A DNA stretch of 64,000 nt from contig JAUXTU010000036.1 of assembly GCA_030679145.1 (NCBI GenBank), positions 86,480 through 150,479 of the forward strand, written 5' to 3'. Made by a program: the position numbers and the translations under genes. Of this stretch, positions 47,624 through 58,457 are shown in pieces. Every line of letters begins with the position of its first letter. Position 1 is the stretch's first letter. The stretch comes from Bacteroidota bacterium. Its GTDB lineage: Bacteria > Bacteroidota > Ignavibacteria > UBA10030 > UBA8401. The notes below the pieces were generated by a model. The model searched no databases, was not told the origin of the DNA, and worked only from the letters and a program-made list of their open reading frames with translations.

Positions 47624-50600
47624 TTACTTCATTAACAATAGTTTCTTCGAAGCAACAAAATTTCCTGTCCGCAAAGCATAAATATAAACTCCTGTTGAAA
47701 AACTTGATCCATCAAATCGAATCGAATGTAATCCTGCTTTTCGTTCTTCGTTGATCAATGTTGCTACTTCACGACCAAGCATATCATACACACGCAAGGT
47801 CACCCAGCTTGTTACCGGAAGACCAAACTTGATTGTGGTGGAAGGATTGAAAGGATTTGGATAGTTTTGTTGCAGCAAGTATGTTTCCGGAATCTCATTC
47901 GTTTCGCTGCCAACAGCCAATACGTTTGGAACAAGTGCTGTGTCAACTGCATGGTTGTTTAACAGATCGAAATCAAAAGTTAATGCACTTGCATACGCTT
48001 TGTTAAGAATAGAGCCAATTGAATCAACCTTAGCAACCAATACTACATTTACTTTTTCTCCCGGTTCCATCAAGCCGACCGTAACGGTGAGAATACCATC
48101 AGCAAACAGAATGCTTCCCTTTGAAGAAGAATCTGCAATAAATGTAAGATGCTTGGACAATGTATCTTTTAATGTAACTTGTTTTGCAGAGTCCGGACCA
48201 TTATTCTGAAGCGTAATAAGATAAACAAGAGTATCTGTTTTTTTCAGTGTATCCGCATTTGCTTTAACTGTTACTGCTATGTCCGCAACTACATTAGAGA
48301 CTTTTACTTCAATACATTTCGAAAATTCAGATGTGTTACCATTGTTATCTGTAGCTGTTGCGGAAATAAATGTTCCGGAAGCGACCGGAATGATGAGTGC
48401 TTCATTGATGGAAGCAAATCCAGTCGAATCTGTACCAATTGTCGTTGAAATGAGAAATTTCTTTCCCTCACCATATTTTGTTGAATCAGAAACACCCGCG
48501 TCAAAGAATTCCAGTGTGTATGTCTCATTCGGCTTACCGAACATCATACCCAGGACGCGGAACGGAAAGGGCCCATCGGCAAAAGTAATTACCGGAAAAT
48601 TTTGCAGATCATTTGCACCGGCATCCGAATCAGTTTCATCGTTCGGAGTGACCCCAAAAAAACCGGAATAGAGATCGATGCCAAGTTCTCCATTATCGTA
48701 AATAGAGTTTGCTGATATTCTGTTTTGATTGCTGTCCCCTACGATCACTCCACTATATTTATTGGATGTGATGATATTTTCAGCACCGGCTTTTCCTATA
48801 GTTGTCCGGTTTGCACCGGAATAAATTTGAATACCATCCTCTTCATTCCCAAATTTTTTGGTGAGGGTATAATCAGTTCCAATCCCATTATTGTATATTT
48901 TATTTCCCGTTGAGGAATTTGCTAAAATAATACCGGCGAGTTTGTTGCCGGAAATTGTATTTCCACCTCCTGCTTGGTCACCGCCAATAATATTGTAATC
49001 AGAACTGTCCACTGCAACCCCATTATCGCCATTGGCAATAATTTTCGTCTGCAAAATATCCAAGCCGATAACGTTTCCGTACACCGAATTGCTATCGGAA
49101 CCGTAAAGATATATACCACCATATAAATTGCCCGACACTAGATTATATGCCCAATCTTCAACCCCTCCTATTGTATTTCTATTCGAATATGAAATTAGAA
49201 TTCCTCTATAGTTGGGAATTGCTTTATCCCCGAAGCCATCGGTACCAATGGTATTTCCCCGAATCAAATTTCCTCTTGACATATCTCCGAAAACGTAAAC
49301 ACCATTACCGATATTTCCCGATATAATGTTGCCTGAATCACTGCCTGCGCCCCCAATACGTGTATTTCGAGCATTATTAATGAATACTCCATTATCGGTA
49401 TTTGGAAGTTTGAGCGAATTAGTAATATCCAATCCAATGGTGTTGGCAATAATAACATTTCCGTTAGGTGTCAGGTTGGAATTGGTTTCAACAGTAACCC
49501 CATTACGACCGTTACCGGAAATGAAGTTTCGTTGGATGACATTATTGGATGCCGATTGATCGATCAATACACCGTCGGTAGTATTAGGAAGTGAATAATA
49601 TCCGGTCCAATCTGTTCCGATAAGATTATATTTGATCGTATTTCCTGAAGATGGACCCGAAATCAATATGCCTTGTCCGATGTTGCCGGAGATAAGATTT
49701 TTATCAATGAATGCTGAACCACCAAAAATATTATCTGAACCGGCAAGAATATAAATTCCTCTGTCATTATTTGATAATGATTGCGACCCAAAGATATTTG
49801 TTCCGATGAAATTGTTTGAAAAAACATTTCGAGTTGGTCCGGCGCCAAACGGCTGTAAGAAAATTCCATAATGTTGATTTCCGGAAAGAAGATTCTTGCG
49901 GACAAAATTACTATCAACATTTCCTTGCATTGAAATACCGGAATGATTGGGAATACGTGTCATTCCGGTCTTGTTTGTCCCGATATAATTATTCTCAATG
50001 ACATTCCCTTGTACATAATTCGGCTTTGAACCTCCCGGAAAAAAGATCGTAAATCCGCCGAACATTTCAATGCCGTAATTCCCGTTTCCGGAAATAATAT
50101 TTCCATCGTTTTGATCTGGACCGCCAATAACATTATTATCGCACAATATATTTATTCCGGAACCGCTGTTTCCCCAATCAAGAGTTCCGGTCGGATCGAC
50201 CCCGATATAATTTCTTTTAACCACAACACCGCCGTTGCCGGTAATGTGAATTCCGGAACCAGTATTGCAGCTGACGGTATTATATTCGATCACGACCTGT
50301 GTTCCAAGGATCTGCATCCCGCCGAATCTGTTTCCGAACAAACTATCAAGTGTTACATTTGAGCCGATCAAGTTGGTTCCGATGTACGCTTGAGAGGATT
50401 GACCTAACACGGTAATGCCGTATCCATTCCCGCTGATATAATTGTCGATGATAGAATCGTTATCAGCAAACGTGGAGATACCGTCATACATATTCGGCAG
50501 TTTTCCTATTCCTAAATTATCCAACCCGATGTAATTTCCCTGAACCAGTGTTTTTTTGGAAAATTCTCCGATCTCTAAACCGCTGTCGTTATTTCCGGAG

Positions 50601-51460
50601 ATAAGATTCTTTAATACTTTGTTCCGTTCACCGAGCACATATATTCCGGAATACGTATTTGGCGATGCTGTAAATCCGTCTTTCGTGCCGCAAAAATTAT
50701 CGATGATGGAATTATCATTTGCAAAGACAATATCAATTCCATCCTGCGTATTACCATGAGCAAAATTTCTAACATCCGGTAAATCGCCGCCAATAAGTGT
50801 TCCGGCGGCATTGACATTTAATCCAATCTTGTTAAGTGTAAATTCATTTCGCTGAATGGTTGAATTGACTGCCCCGCTGGCAAGACCAAGTCCAACGCTC
50901 TTCCACGATTTAAAGATCATGTTTTTTACAACGGAGGTGCCTGCAAGAGTAAGACCGTAGGTTCCGGTTGAAGCAGAGCCGTCCAATATTACTTTTCCTG
51001 CTGCAACAGTACCGTCAATATTCAACGTGACAGTAACTGTCGGAAGCTGCGTAGCCGGAGTAATGACCGATATCCCCGAAGCAAATGCAATGGCATGCGA
51101 ACCGCCTAATTTATTTGCATTCTGAATTGCCGAGCGCAATGTTGCAGGAGAATACACTCCATCATCAATATCAAAATCTGCGTCGTCTCCCGCATTCGAC
51201 ACAACAAATGTTACCATTGCGCTTGACATCTTTGTAATGCTTGACTTCATTTGTGATTGAGATACAGATGATTGCAAAAACTCATCGCGCACACTTTTCG
51301 GCAGTTCATTGAAAGAACGATATTGACCGTCCGCTGAACGAGTGATGTGTGAATAACCATCAACCTGAATAATTGTAAATTTCTGAGGTGATTTAATCTC
51401 AGGTTGTGCAGCAAGCATTGAAATGAATAAAGTGACGGCAACAAAGAAATGAATACACAT
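47624..51460 (-). CDS. Giant T9SS-secreted protein, about 1280 aa, with parallel beta-helix (PbH1) repeats and a DUF11/CARDB-like domain.
   Basis: Dozens of N-x-(I/L)-x-G-N-xx-G(I/V) repeats. DUF11-like segment …DIAVTVKANADTLKKTDTLVYLITLQNNGPDSAKQVTL…. C-terminus LLQQNYPNPFNPSTTIKF…KKLLLMK. Start set at MCIHFF (signal peptide). Confidence 0.7.
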   Translation of the reverse strand: MCIHFFVAVTLFISMLAAQPEIKSPQKFTIIQVDGYSHITRSADGQYRSFNELPKSVRDEFLQSSVSQSQMKSSITKMSSAMVTFVVSNAGDDADFDIDDGVYSPATLRSAIQNANKLGGSHAIAFASGISVITPATQLPTVTVTLNIDGTVAAGKVILDGSASTGTYGLTLAGTSVVKNMIFKSWKSVGLGLASGAVNSTIQRNEFTLNKIGLNVNAAGTLIGGDLPDVRNFAHGNTQDGIDIVFANDNSIIDNFCGTKDGFTASPNTYSGIYVLGERNKVLKNLISGNNDSGLEIGEFSKKTLVQGNYIGLDNLGIGKLPNMYDGISTFADNDSIIDNYISGNGYGITVLGQSSQAYIGTNLIGSNVTLDSLFGNRFGGMQILGTQVVIEYNTVSCNTGSGIHITGNGGVVVKRNYIGVDPTGTLDWGNSGSGINILCDNNVIGGPDQNDGNIISGNGNYGIEMFGGFTIFFPGGSKPNYVQGNVIENNYIGTNKTGMTRIPNHSGISMQGNVDSNFVRKNLLSGNQHYGIFLQPFGAGPTRNVFSNNFIGTNIFGSQSLSNNDRGIYILAGSDNIFGGSAFIDKNLISGNIGQGILISGPSSGNTIKYNLIGTDWTGYYSLPNTTDGVLIDQSASNNVIQRNFISGNGRNGVTVETNSNLTPNGNVIIANTIGLDITNSLKLPNTDNGVFINNARNTRIGGAGSDSGNIISGNIGNGVYVFGDMSRGNLIRGNTIGTDGFGDKAIPNYRGILISYSNRNTIGGVEDWAYNLVSGNLYGGIYLYGSDSNSVYGNVIGLDILQTKIIANGDNGVAVDSSDYNIIGGDQAGGGNTISGNKLAGIILANSSTGNKIYNNGIGTDYTLTKKFGNEEDGIQIYSGANRTTIGKAGAENIITSNKYSGVIVGDSNQNRISANSIYDNGELGIDLYSGFFGVTPNDETDSDAGANDLQNFPVITFADGPFPFRVLGMMFGKPNETYTLEFFDAGVSDSTKYGEGKKFLISTTIGTDSTGFASINEALIIPVASGTFISATATDNNGNTSEFSKCIEVKVSNVVADIAVTVKANADTLKKTDTLVYLITLQNNGPDSAKQVTLKDTLSKHLTFIADSSSKGSILFADGILTVTVGLMEPGEKVNVVLVAKVDSIGSILNKAYASALTFDFDLLNNHAVDTALVPNVLAVGSETNEIPETYLLQQNYPNPFNPSTTIKFGLPVTSWVTLRVYDMLGREVATLINEERKAGLHSIRFDGSSFSTGVYIYALRTGNFVASKKLLLMK

Positions 51461-51655
51461 ACCCACCTCAGAATAATTGAGAAATGATTGTAATTTTGTC
51501 CTGTTATTATATAGTTCTCTTAACAATGAAAAACTTTCAGTCAATTCTGTCTGATTTACAATATGTAAACCAGGTCACTTGTTGTCAAATGCAAAATTTT
51601 TGCAAACTTGCCAATGGTGTGGAAAATCGCTTAATTTCTAATAAAACAGACCATT

Positions 51656-54600
51656 ATGGTACAATCAAATTTCCATACATTTTCTAGGACGAAAACTTCA
51701 GCATTAGTATTGATGCTTTGTACAATATTACTTTATAGCAAAACTCATAGCTATCAACTTTACAATACTCAAGCTGATTCTTCCGCTGCCCACTCTTTCT
51801 TTGTTCACGCAATAGACTTTCAAAAGAGAGCACAATACGACAGTGCTATAGTGTTCTTTGATACGGCGGGAACGATCTATGCTACACTAAACAAGATCGA
51901 TGATCAGGTTCGCTGCATTACCAAGAAAGCAGAATGTCTGCAATCCAAAGGAAATTATGCCAAGGCGATTGCTTCTCTGCAAATTGATAAAGCAACAGAG
52001 CAAAAATTATTGAAAGAAGCACCTTTGATAGCAGCGCAACGCTTGATGATGTTTGGATCATTGTATAGGGAGCAAGGGAAATATGATACCGCACTTGTTG
52101 TTGCACACAATGCATTAGATATCCTACAAAACAATCCTTCTTTAAGTGTTGATCTGGAGTGGGATATGTACACTCTCTTTGCCGGGATATTTTTTAGCGT
52201 TGGAGAGTACGACAGCTCACTTGCGTACAATCATCGTGCTTTGAAACTCTTTCCCGCAGCGCAGGGAGAACAGCAATTAAAAATAAGCGCTTCTTACAAC
52301 GGCATAGCGGGCACTTATGAAACACGCGGAGATTATCAAAAAGCACTCGACTATTTTTCCCGATCGCTTGAAATACGCAAACTCGTACTTGGCGAAAAGC
52401 ATCCTGATATTGCAAATCTGTATAACAATGTGGCTGCGATTTATTTTCGTTCCGGAGATTATGACCTTGCATTGGAATATTATTTGAAGTCACTTTCAAT
52501 TATGAATGAAACGTTACCGATCGATCATCCGTCGTTTGGGATTAGATATAATAATATCGCAATGGCGTACCGAGGCAAAAAAGAATTTGATAAAGCACTC
52601 GAATTCGGATCACAATCCAAATTCATTTTTGTAAAGAAACTTGGCGATAAACATCCAAACGTTGCAGGTGTTGTTAACAATATTGGGCGCACGTATTCCG
52701 ATATGAAACAATACGACCGAGCACTTGAATCATATCAACAGGCGCTTTCAATTTGGAAAGAGAAATTTGGAGAAAAACATGTGAATGTAACACAGAGCTT
52801 CTTCAACATCGGCGAAGCGTATGGTAACTTGAAAGAATATGAAAAAGCAAAAATGTGGCTCGAGAAATCTTTGCTTATTCGCCGTGAAATGCTTGGTGAA
52901 AATAATGTGAAAGTTGCGCAATCATATAATGCGCTGGGATCTGTATATACAGATTGGAATAAGCTAGATTCTGCTCTTCAGTTTTATCAAAAAGCGATTT
53001 ATACGCTTGTCGAAAGTCCGAAAGACTCAAATTTATATGATATCCCCATAACGATTAAAAGCATATCAGACTTTGATCTATTGGTATCATTATCCGGAAA
53101 AGCAAAAGTACTGTTCATGCAAGGAATCATACAGAAAAATATTTCAGATCTACGAACATCATTGAATACATATGAACACGCTCTAGAACTTGTCGACAAC
53201 ATTCGTCGGGGATTTGGTACTGAAGGATCGAAAATGCAACTTAGTCAAATGTCGTTTGATATATATGAGCAGACAATTTCTGTTGCCTTAAAACTTTTTG
53301 AATTCACAAAAGATGACTTATATACTTCCAAGGCGTTTTCAGTCGCAGAGCGAAGCAAGGCAAATATACTTCTGGATGCAGTTTCCGAATTGAACGCAAA
53401 ACAATTTGCAGGCATTCCTGATAGTCTGCTTGAACAAGAATCGGCATTGAAGATCGATCTAACATTCAAAGAAACTCAGCTTCAGAAAGAAAAAGATAAA
53501 AAAGAGAAGGCAAGCAAAACAAAAAGTGAGCAATTGGAGAATACACTATTCGATCTAAAACGTCAGTATGAGCGCTTGATCGTTAAATTTGAGAAAGAAT
53601 ATCCTGATTATTATTCACTCAAACATCAATCGGAAAATGTTTCAGTCCGCGATATTCAAGAACATTTACCTGACAATAAAACAGCAATATTAGAATACGT
53701 TGTTGGTGACAGTACGGTAACGATCTTTTTGGTGACGAAAAACAGATGTATTGTCAAATCACAGCGCAGCACTTCTTTAACATCGTTGGTCAAGCAATTC
53801 CGCCGTTCAATTCAGAACGTAGAATCTGAGGAATATGTAAATCTTTCATATAGACTATATACTCAACTGCTTGCACCCGTCCAAACCAGTCTCAAAGGAA
53901 TTCAAAAATTATATATCATTCCCGATGGCATACTGAATTATCTTCCATTTGAAGCATTGATAACAAAGAGCCATTCTAAAACGGCACCGGTAAATTTTGC
54001 TGCTATTCCGTATCTGATCAAGCAATATGAGATAAGCTATCAAGTATCCGCCCGATTTTTTCATGACGAGCAAAGAAAAAAACAAATCGATGAAAATTAC
54101 TCCTTTATAGGCATGGCACCGGTATTTTCAGATAGACCTTCTCATTCAAAAAATATCTATACAACTTCTGTAGATCGAATTACACGATCGAGGACAGTTG
54201 ATGGTGAACAATTTGTTGAATTGAAAGAATCTGAGAATGAAGTAAAAATTATTTTCAATTTGTTTAACGTTCGGAAAAAATCAGCCAAAGTTTTTCTACA
54301 CAACGAAGCAAAAGAATCCAATCTTAAATCAAACGATATTCAACAATATCGCTTCATCCATATTGCAACACATGGAATTATCAACGAAGAGAAGCCCAAC
54401 CTTTCAGGTATTATCTTCTCTGCTCCCGAAAATAATTCATCGGAAGACGGCGTTCTTTATTCCGGCGAAATTTACAACCTTCGGCTCAATGCTGATCTTG
54501 TTGTTCTGAGTGCGTGTGAAACAGGTCTCGGAACAATAGTCAAAGGAGAGGGAATTTTAGGATTCACAAGAGGCTTTATGTATTCCGGAGCTCAAAATCT

Positions 54601-54784
54601 TTTAGTTTCGCTTTGGCAGGTGGCCGATAAATCAACAGCAGAGTTGATGGTACAGTTTTATCAAAATATTTTCAAAAAACAATCGTATCCAACTGCTCTA
54701 CGAAATGCAAAACTTGAGATGATTAAACAGGGGAAATATGCTCATCCCGTAGAGTGGAGTCCGTTTGTGTTGACAGGAAAGTAA
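51656..54784 (+). CDS. Secreted TPR-repeat protein with a C-terminal CHAT (caspase-like) protease domain.
   Basis: Signal peptide. At least 8 TPR units (…YNNVAAIYFRSGDYDLALEYYLKSL…). CHAT His/Cys dyad context FIHIATHG…ADLVVLSACETG. Confidence 0.75.
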   Translation: MVQSNFHTFSRTKTSALVLMLCTILLYSKTHSYQLYNTQADSSAAHSFFVHAIDFQKRAQYDSAIVFFDTAGTIYATLNKIDDQVRCITKKAECLQSKGNYAKAIASLQIDKATEQKLLKEAPLIAAQRLMMFGSLYREQGKYDTALVVAHNALDILQNNPSLSVDLEWDMYTLFAGIFFSVGEYDSSLAYNHRALKLFPAAQGEQQLKISASYNGIAGTYETRGDYQKALDYFSRSLEIRKLVLGEKHPDIANLYNNVAAIYFRSGDYDLALEYYLKSLSIMNETLPIDHPSFGIRYNNIAMAYRGKKEFDKALEFGSQSKFIFVKKLGDKHPNVAGVVNNIGRTYSDMKQYDRALESYQQALSIWKEKFGEKHVNVTQSFFNIGEAYGNLKEYEKAKMWLEKSLLIRREMLGENNVKVAQSYNALGSVYTDWNKLDSALQFYQKAIYTLVESPKDSNLYDIPITIKSISDFDLLVSLSGKAKVLFMQGIIQKNISDLRTSLNTYEHALELVDNIRRGFGTEGSKMQLSQMSFDIYEQTISVALKLFEFTKDDLYTSKAFSVAERSKANILLDAVSELNAKQFAGIPDSLLEQESALKIDLTFKETQLQKEKDKKEKASKTKSEQLENTLFDLKRQYERLIVKFEKEYPDYYSLKHQSENVSVRDIQEHLPDNKTAILEYVVGDSTVTIFLVTKNRCIVKSQRSTSLTSLVKQFRRSIQNVESEEYVNLSYRLYTQLLAPVQTSLKGIQKLYIIPDGILNYLPFEALITKSHSKTAPVNFAAIPYLIKQYEISYQVSARFFHDEQRKKQIDENYSFIGMAPVFSDRPSHSKNIYTTSVDRITRSRTVDGEQFVELKESENEVKIIFNLFNVRKKSAKVFLHNEAKESNLKSNDIQQYRFIHIATHGIINEEKPNLSGIIFSAPENNSSEDGVLYSGEIYNLRLNADLVVLSACETGLGTIVKGEGILGFTRGFMYSGAQNLLVSLWQVADKSTAELMVQFYQNIFKKQSYPTALRNAKLEMIKQGKYAHPVEWSPFVLTGK

Positions 54785-54790
54785 AACTGA

Positions 54791-55498
54791 TCATCGAATC
54801 ACAACGAACTTTCCAACCTGCACAAGTTTTTCATTCGCCTCTAACTTCAGATAGTAGAGTCCAGGTTCAAGTCTATCTTTCAAGATAATTTCTGCTGAAG
54901 GAACTGTTTTCTTCCATTTCTCTACATTCTTGTTGTCAACAATTGTCAACGTATATTTTTCTTCTTTTTGTCCTTCCCATTTGATCGTAAACGGTGTTGT
55001 GATTGTATCTCCGATTGTTGGAGCTAGCAGAGTTACATTTGAAGAAGAACGGACCGTTCTTTCAATAAAATTTTCCAAAGCCTGATTTGGAATAAATTTT
55101 GTAGTGTCCAGTTCTATTACTGCAAGAGGCTTTTCAAAAAGAATCTCTCGTGAGGCAGTCTTTTTTTGCTGAAAATCTTGAAGAACAAAAATGATTGCAG
55201 ATCCAACGGCGACGATCAATATTGCCGCAATTGCATAACGGAAAATATTTGGAGAGAAGCCAAAAATTTTCCCTTGTTGTTCTCTGGTTCCCGCAAACTC
55301 AAAATCATCCACTTCTTGCATGCGCGCCGAACATGCGGGACACACAGCAAGGTGAGCTTTGAAGAATGTTATTTCTTTTTGACTCAATTCATCGGCAAAA
55401 TTGCGATAGACTGAAAAAGAAGCGTAACTTAAATGCTTCCCTGAGTCATCAAGAAATTTTGAATAATCGATCAAGAAATTCGATTCATTATTTGTCAT
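54791..55498 (-). CDS. Membrane anti-sigma factor with an N-terminal ZAS (H-x3-C-x2-C) zinc motif and an extracytoplasmic C-terminal domain.
   Basis: HLAVCPAC motif. Single transmembrane helix YAIAAILIVAVGSAIIFVL. Lies immediately downstream of the ECF sigma gene. Confidence 0.65.
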   Translation of the reverse strand: MTNNESNFLIDYSKFLDDSGKHLSYASFSVYRNFADELSQKEITFFKAHLAVCPACSARMQEVDDFEFAGTREQQGKIFGFSPNIFRYAIAAILIVAVGSAIIFVLQDFQQKKTASREILFEKPLAVIELDTTKFIPNQALENFIERTVRSSSNVTLLAPTIGDTITTPFTIKWEGQKEEKYTLTIVDNKNVEKWKKTVPSAEIILKDRLEPGLYYLKLEANEKLVQVGKFVVIR

Positions 55499-55589
55499 CG
55501 TCTATCTCTGTTCATATAAACTGCATCTGTATACATAGTTCATAAATTCGATAAAAACTTTCGGAACATATTTGTTTATTCTTTAAAGA

Positions 55590-56177
55590 CTAACTGAATC
55601 GACTCAATCCTTTATGGATATACCCAAGACGATTGAGATAATCAGCTAATTTCATTCGTAACCGTCTGATATTCGTATCGAGCGTATTTAAATTTATTCC
55701 TAAGATTTTTGCGATTTCAGATCGTTCTGTCTCATCGATAAGGAAATTCAATAAACGGATATCATTCTCTTTCAAATGATTTTTGAAAAGATTGATCTGC
55801 ACCAATAATTCCGATCCTTCAATTTCCTGCAGCTGTTCGTTATGCGCAGTAAATAATTGCTGGTCCAGATTCTTTTCATTGTTACCACCTTCTTGATTTC
55901 CTTCATTCTTCACAACAATCGCCTTCTGCTTTATCGCTTTATCGAGTAAAGACCAGCATTGAAGTTTGATTGCCCGCAATATATAATGTTCTAGATTTCG
56001 AACGTTATCAAAGTTTGATTTTGAAAGAGAAAGGAAGACCTCATGTAAAACATCATTAATATCAATTAGGCTTGTAGTTACAAGCACATCGGAGTATCGT
56101 GCATAGAATTTTCGGATGATAGCATATCCCGCAGTTCCTTCTTGCAAATATTCTGTATGTAAGGTTTGGCTATTCAA
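55590..56177 (-). CDS. ECF-type sigma-70 factor.
   Basis: Sigma-70 region 2-like N-terminus. Region 4 HTH …RSEIAKILGINLNTLDTNIRRLRMKL…. Confidence 0.7.
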   Translation of the reverse strand: MNSQTLHTEYLQEGTAGYAIIRKFYARYSDVLVTTSLIDINDVLHEVFLSLSKSNFDNVRNLEHYILRAIKLQCWSLLDKAIKQKAIVVKNEGNQEGGNNEKNLDQQLFTAHNEQLQEIEGSELLVQINLFKNHLKENDIRLLNFLIDETERSEIAKILGINLNTLDTNIRRLRMKLADYLNRLGYIHKGLSRFS

Positions 56178-56330
56178 GGAAAATCTAAATCCTCGCGAAT
56201 TAAAATTAATGTTAATGACATCGGTAAAGAAAGATAGAGACTTTGTCTCGTTTAGGCAAGGGTATTAGATTAACAGGGAGTCAATAAACTATAATGTAAA
56301 AAACTGAAACTATTGAAAAGTAATTCAATC

Positions 56331-56837
56331 TTATTTTCGAGTCAGTTTTTCGATCAATGCCTTATGTTGCGGGAATAGTTTTATCAATTTGCCTTTATTT
56401 GCCAACTCAAAATCATCAAAATCGAATCCAGGAGCGACAACACATCCAACTAATGCAAACGATTCAGATTTATCAACAGTTCCGCCGAACCAATTTCCAT
56501 GCGGAACAACTGCGTAAGGAAATTCTCCGGCCTCAAAATTTTTTCCAATATAATGTTTCGAGTAATTTCCTGTTGGATCGATCGAATGGATCGTTAACGC
56601 ACATCCATCAATATGGAACCATTGTTCATCGGAATGTAATCGATGCAGTGAAGAAAAATCACCACTCTCCAAAAGATAATAGATCGCGGTTGAATACGCG
56701 CGTCCTCCGCTGAATCTCATCGGCAGATTTAGCTGCGAGATGATTCCTTCCGCACGGTAAATTTCTTTAAAGTATCCTCCCTCGGGGTGAGGCTGTAATT
56801 TTAAACGTTTGGTCCAATTTTTAGCATCTAAATTCAT
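56331..56837 (-). CDS. Cupin-superfamily protein (DUF985/YML079-like).
   Basis: …HPEGGYFKEIYRA…SDEQWFHIDG… cupin motifs. Confidence 0.55.
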   Translation of the reverse strand: MNLDAKNWTKRLKLQPHPEGGYFKEIYRAEGIISQLNLPMRFSGGRAYSTAIYYLLESGDFSSLHRLHSDEQWFHIDGCALTIHSIDPTGNYSKHYIGKNFEAGEFPYAVVPHGNWFGGTVDKSESFALVGCVVAPGFDFDDFELANKGKLIKLFPQHKALIEKLTRK

Positions 56838-56865
56838 AATGCATAACTCATAACATATAATGGTT

Positions 56866-57228
56866 TTATCTTCGACTTTTGGCGGTCAATATAGAACGTT
56901 TAAGAAGTCTTATTATTTCTTCTGCTTCAGAATAAATAGAAGAAAATTCAATTTCAGAGAGATAAGAAGTTTCTTTCAGTAGTTCAAGCCAATATAATGT
57001 TTCGTCTATTTCTTTTTGACTTATCGATAGTTTGTGAATGAAATCTGCCTTTGATTCTGCGCTATTTGCTTCTCTTACATTTGCCCCCACTGATGTTCCG
57101 GAGCGAAGTAATTGTTTGCTCAGAGTAAATTCTTTTTTCTGTTCTGTAAGGTATTTATAGAGATTTATAATCCTAACGGCAAAGGAAAATGTTTTAGATC
57201 TTAAAATATTTTCTTTTTTATTTTCCAT
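56866..57228 (-). CDS. Four-helix-bundle protein of the 23S rRNA intervening-sequence family.
   Basis: …LRSGTSVGANVREANSAESKADFIHKLSISQKEIDETLYWLELL…, characteristic of PF05635-type proteins. Confidence 0.7.
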   Translation of the reverse strand: MENKKENILRSKTFSFAVRIINLYKYLTEQKKEFTLSKQLLRSGTSVGANVREANSAESKADFIHKLSISQKEIDETLYWLELLKETSYLSEIEFSSIYSEAEEIIRLLKRSILTAKSRR

Positions 57229-57262
57229 TATGCATTATAAATTAATCATTATGCATTAGAAG

Positions 57263-58249
57263 TTACACCGCACCAATTAAAACGTTTATCGCTGTTGTGT
57301 TTACAATATCTTCAACCGAACACCCGCGTGAAAGATCGAACGCCGGTTTTTTTAATCCTTGAACGATCGGACCGATTGCTTCTGCTCCGCCAAGACGCTG
57401 TGCAAGTTTATATCCGATATTTCCCGCATCGAGATCCGGAAATACTAAAACGTTTGCGATTCCCGCAACCGTACTTCCCGGCGCTTTCGATGCTCCGACT
57501 TTTGGAACGATCGCTGCATCAAGCTGCATTTCGCCATCAAGTTTTAAGGATGGATTTTTCTTTTGCGCCAATTGTGTTGCCTTTACAACTTTTTCAACAT
57601 GAGGATGATTTGCGCTTCCTTTGGTGGAGAATGAAAGCATTGCAACGCGTGCTTCTTCGCCGGTCAGTTTTGCATGATTTTCAGCTGTGGTTAATGCTAT
57701 ATCAGCAAGCTGCTCTGCGGTCGGATCAGGAACAACAGCGCAGTCAGCAAATGAAAATAGTTGTGTAGGGAATACCATTATAAAAAAGCTTGATACAACA
57801 CTGATTCCTTCTTTTACACCTATTACCTGAATTCCGGCGCGCATCACATCTCCGGTGGTGGAAAACGAACCGGCAACACTTCCGTCCGCCAATCCTTCGC
57901 GAACCATCATTGCGCCAAAGAAGAGCGGTTTCTTCATCGTCACAGTTGCCTCAGTAAGTTGAATTCCTTTTGTTTTTCGAAGTTCATAGAATTTTTCTGA
58001 AAATGATTTCAATAATTCAGATTTTTCCGGATCGATGATTTTTATTCCACTGAGTGATATTTTTTCTTCACCCGCTAATTTATTTACTGCTTCTGTATTA
58101 CCAATCAATAGCGGTGTTGCAATCCCCTCATCAGCTATGATTCTTGCCGCTTTTATTGTGCGTGGATCTGTGGCATCCGGAAGGACGATTGTTTTTTTAA
58201 GTTGTTTGGCTTTAGCTCTGACTTCTGAAATGAAATTTTGGGGATTCAT
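57263..58249 (-). CDS. pta: Phosphate acetyltransferase.
   Basis: …[34 protein letters not shown]… and the C-terminal …[15 protein letters not shown]… phosphotransacetylase signatures. 328 aa. Confidence 0.85.
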   Translation of the reverse strand: MNPQNFISEVRAKAKQLKKTIVLPDATDPRTIKAARIIADEGIATPLLIGNTEAVNKLAGEEKISLSGIKIIDPEKSELLKSFSEKFYELRKTKGIQLTEATVTMKKPLFFGAMMVREGLADGSVAGSFSTTGDVMRAGIQVIGVKEGISVVSSFFIMVFPTQLFSFADCAVVPDPTAEQLADIALTTAENHAKLTGEEARVAMLSFSTKGSANHPHVEKVVKATQLAQKKNPSLKLDGEMQLDAAIVPKVGASKAPGSTVAGIANVLVFPDLDAGNIGYKLAQRLGGAEAIGPIVQGLKKPAFDLSRGCSVEDIVNTTAINVLIGAV

Positions 58250-58457
58250 AGAGGTTTTTTCCTATAAAATTCGCTGTTCTTAAAATGTGGATAACTGTTG
58301 CGTAAAAACGTACTATTTTTTTCCTCAGTAAGCAATTAACTGACAAAACGGCAAGAAAGATTAACATTAAAATCCATTAATAATGCCTGTATGGATTAAA
58401 TTTCATTAATAGAAAGACTTTCGATTGTCCAAATGTCAGCAGGTCGGTATATTTGTA

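Noticed and set aside
47940-50759. Many 60-130-aa ORFs overlapping the giant beta-helix gene.
   Set aside because: The repetitive GC-skewed coding sequence generates spurious open frames. None has a start context or any motifs.
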